A DNA stretch of 64,000 nucleotides from Anthoceros angustus. Taxonomy: Eukaryota; Plantae; Anthocerotophyta. The translations under genes were made by a program, and so were the position numbers. The notes beneath the pieces are model-generated. The model was not told the origin of the DNA. It saw nothing but the letters and a program-made list of their open reading frames with translations, and made no database searches. Shown one piece after another: positions 62,445 through 64,000 of this stretch. The DNA lies in contig MU008164.1 of NCBI GenBank assembly GCA_010909165.1, positions 806,001-870,000 on the forward strand, in the 5' to 3' direction. Position 1 is the stretch's first letter, and each line of letters opens with the position of its first letter.

Positions 62445-63005
62445 CTACTCCGGTCCGCTCCCAGGAACAAGCTACATGGAACAAAACAACCGGGTTCGGT
62501 CAGGTCAGCCTGTAGATGATAACATTCGGTGAAGAACCCCCGCTCTTGTCAGGCATAGAAAATACAGGAATGGGGAACTCACAATGGCAATGTTGTTCCC
62601 GTTGAGAAGGATCTGATCGAGCTTGGTTATCCGACGTCCCTCCGGTGTGATCTCACTGTAACCAAAATACGAAAGAGTCAGCTGCAGCTCCCAAATTCCT
62701 CCAACCAGGGACGCAGCAGAAAGTGCGGGGAGCTCACATACTATTCCGTTACGTCCTCCAGCACCATGTTGACGTAGACATCAAACCCTCGCAGTGTGCC
62801 CACCAGCTCCTTGTCGCCCTTCATTATCACCCATATCTTGGATCCTATGCATCTGTCGATCAACTCTGCAACGTCCAACAAACACACACGCAACCCTTAC
62901 ACTCAGATACAAAGCAACAGACATGAGCATCCAATGGAAGATAGCAGTTCAGATATCAACACCATCCCCACCGGAGGGCATCAGATGTGAAGGATTGTGC
63001 GACAT
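62445..63005 (-). CDS. LSM5: U6 snRNA-associated Sm-like protein LSm5, 4 exons
   Basis: [11 protein letters not shown]|[41 protein letters not shown]|[25 protein letters not shown]|LVPGSGPE*, with GT-AG introns. Not visible in the ORF track. Confidence 0.95.
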
Positions 63006-63646
63006 CGTGAAGCGAAGAGAGCACAACGGGAAGAATGGAGTCTTGAGTGTAGAACCCTAACTCTTCAGGTTGCTTTGGGATCCTTAGTTTCTTGATTAAG
63101 CGACACTAGATATTAATTGTTATCGTCATTACTCAGTGCAGAGTCGTCGGGCAAAACTCTCGCACGCGGCTCCCGCCAAGTCCATGGAATGAAGCGGCGG
63201 TGACGTCCACCTCCGAGGGGGGCGATCGTCCGAACTCGTATAGATGACTTCGGAGTATGTAATCTACTTAACGGACGCCTACTAGCATGGACTTTGGACA
63301 ACGCAGACAATGATAGGTAACGCTGAAAAAATGCCAAATGCCCTACCCATCCAGAATACCTCATAAAATCCATTGTTCCGTTCAACAAGACACAGAGCAG
63401 TGTCGACACTAGAAGGTGAGGATAAACTCCGTAAATAAGATGTACAGTCAAGTGACTCTAACGACTCAAATCGACAGGAGATATTTATTAAAAAGTCTTC
63501 AAGGAGGGCCTCTATCCTGCGCACAAGACTCATGCCTGCGAGAAGACGACAGGAAGTATCAACAATCAGCTCCGGTCCAGTGCCAACGATTCAGGCATGC
63601 AGCAGGGAAAAGGTCGAGGTCAGAAGAGACAAAAAAGAAAGATCAC

Positions 63647-63923
<277 letters not shown>

Positions 63924-64000
63924 CTACACAAACATCCCAAGACAAACACACGCTGTCAGAGTATGACAAAGCGACATCGCTCAAAACCCTGCTGCTCAAA

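Overview
Compact, intron-containing land-plant nuclear DNA, most likely from a hornwort (Anthoceros-like). This is inferred from ~50-110 nt introns, dense gene packing and PLS-PPR genes with the DYW:KP 'DRH' deaminase variant. Genes in order: an intronless tyrosylprotein sulfotransferase plus a truncated tandem copy; three copies of a secreted Cys-rich/cyclophilin-like gene interleaved with 3' fragments of NOL10/ENP2; full NOL10; a head-to-head pair of intronless PPR-DYW:KP editing factors that both carry an N-terminal OSB-type PDF motif; a scrambled microhomology-joined patchwork of one PPR gene and BRF1 pieces; BRF1; eIF5B; a two-domain cyclic-nucleotide-binding protein; a membrane-anchored Asp-box sialidase-fold protein; an ACS10/12-like aminotransferase; a ~6 kb shuffled duplicated AT-rich block; a TRB/single-Myb-histone gene; a LysM-LysM-TM-FIST-like gene; LSM5; and the 3' exons of an ARF GTPase. 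A large part of the window is near-identical duplications that differ mainly by 1-2 nt indels. These may be long-read assembly or consensus artefacts, so frameshifts and copy numbers are not trustworthy without read data. All family assignments come from manual motif recognition, with no database search. The most promising novel elements are the PDF-PPR-DYW:KP fusion pair and the LysM-FIST-like protein.
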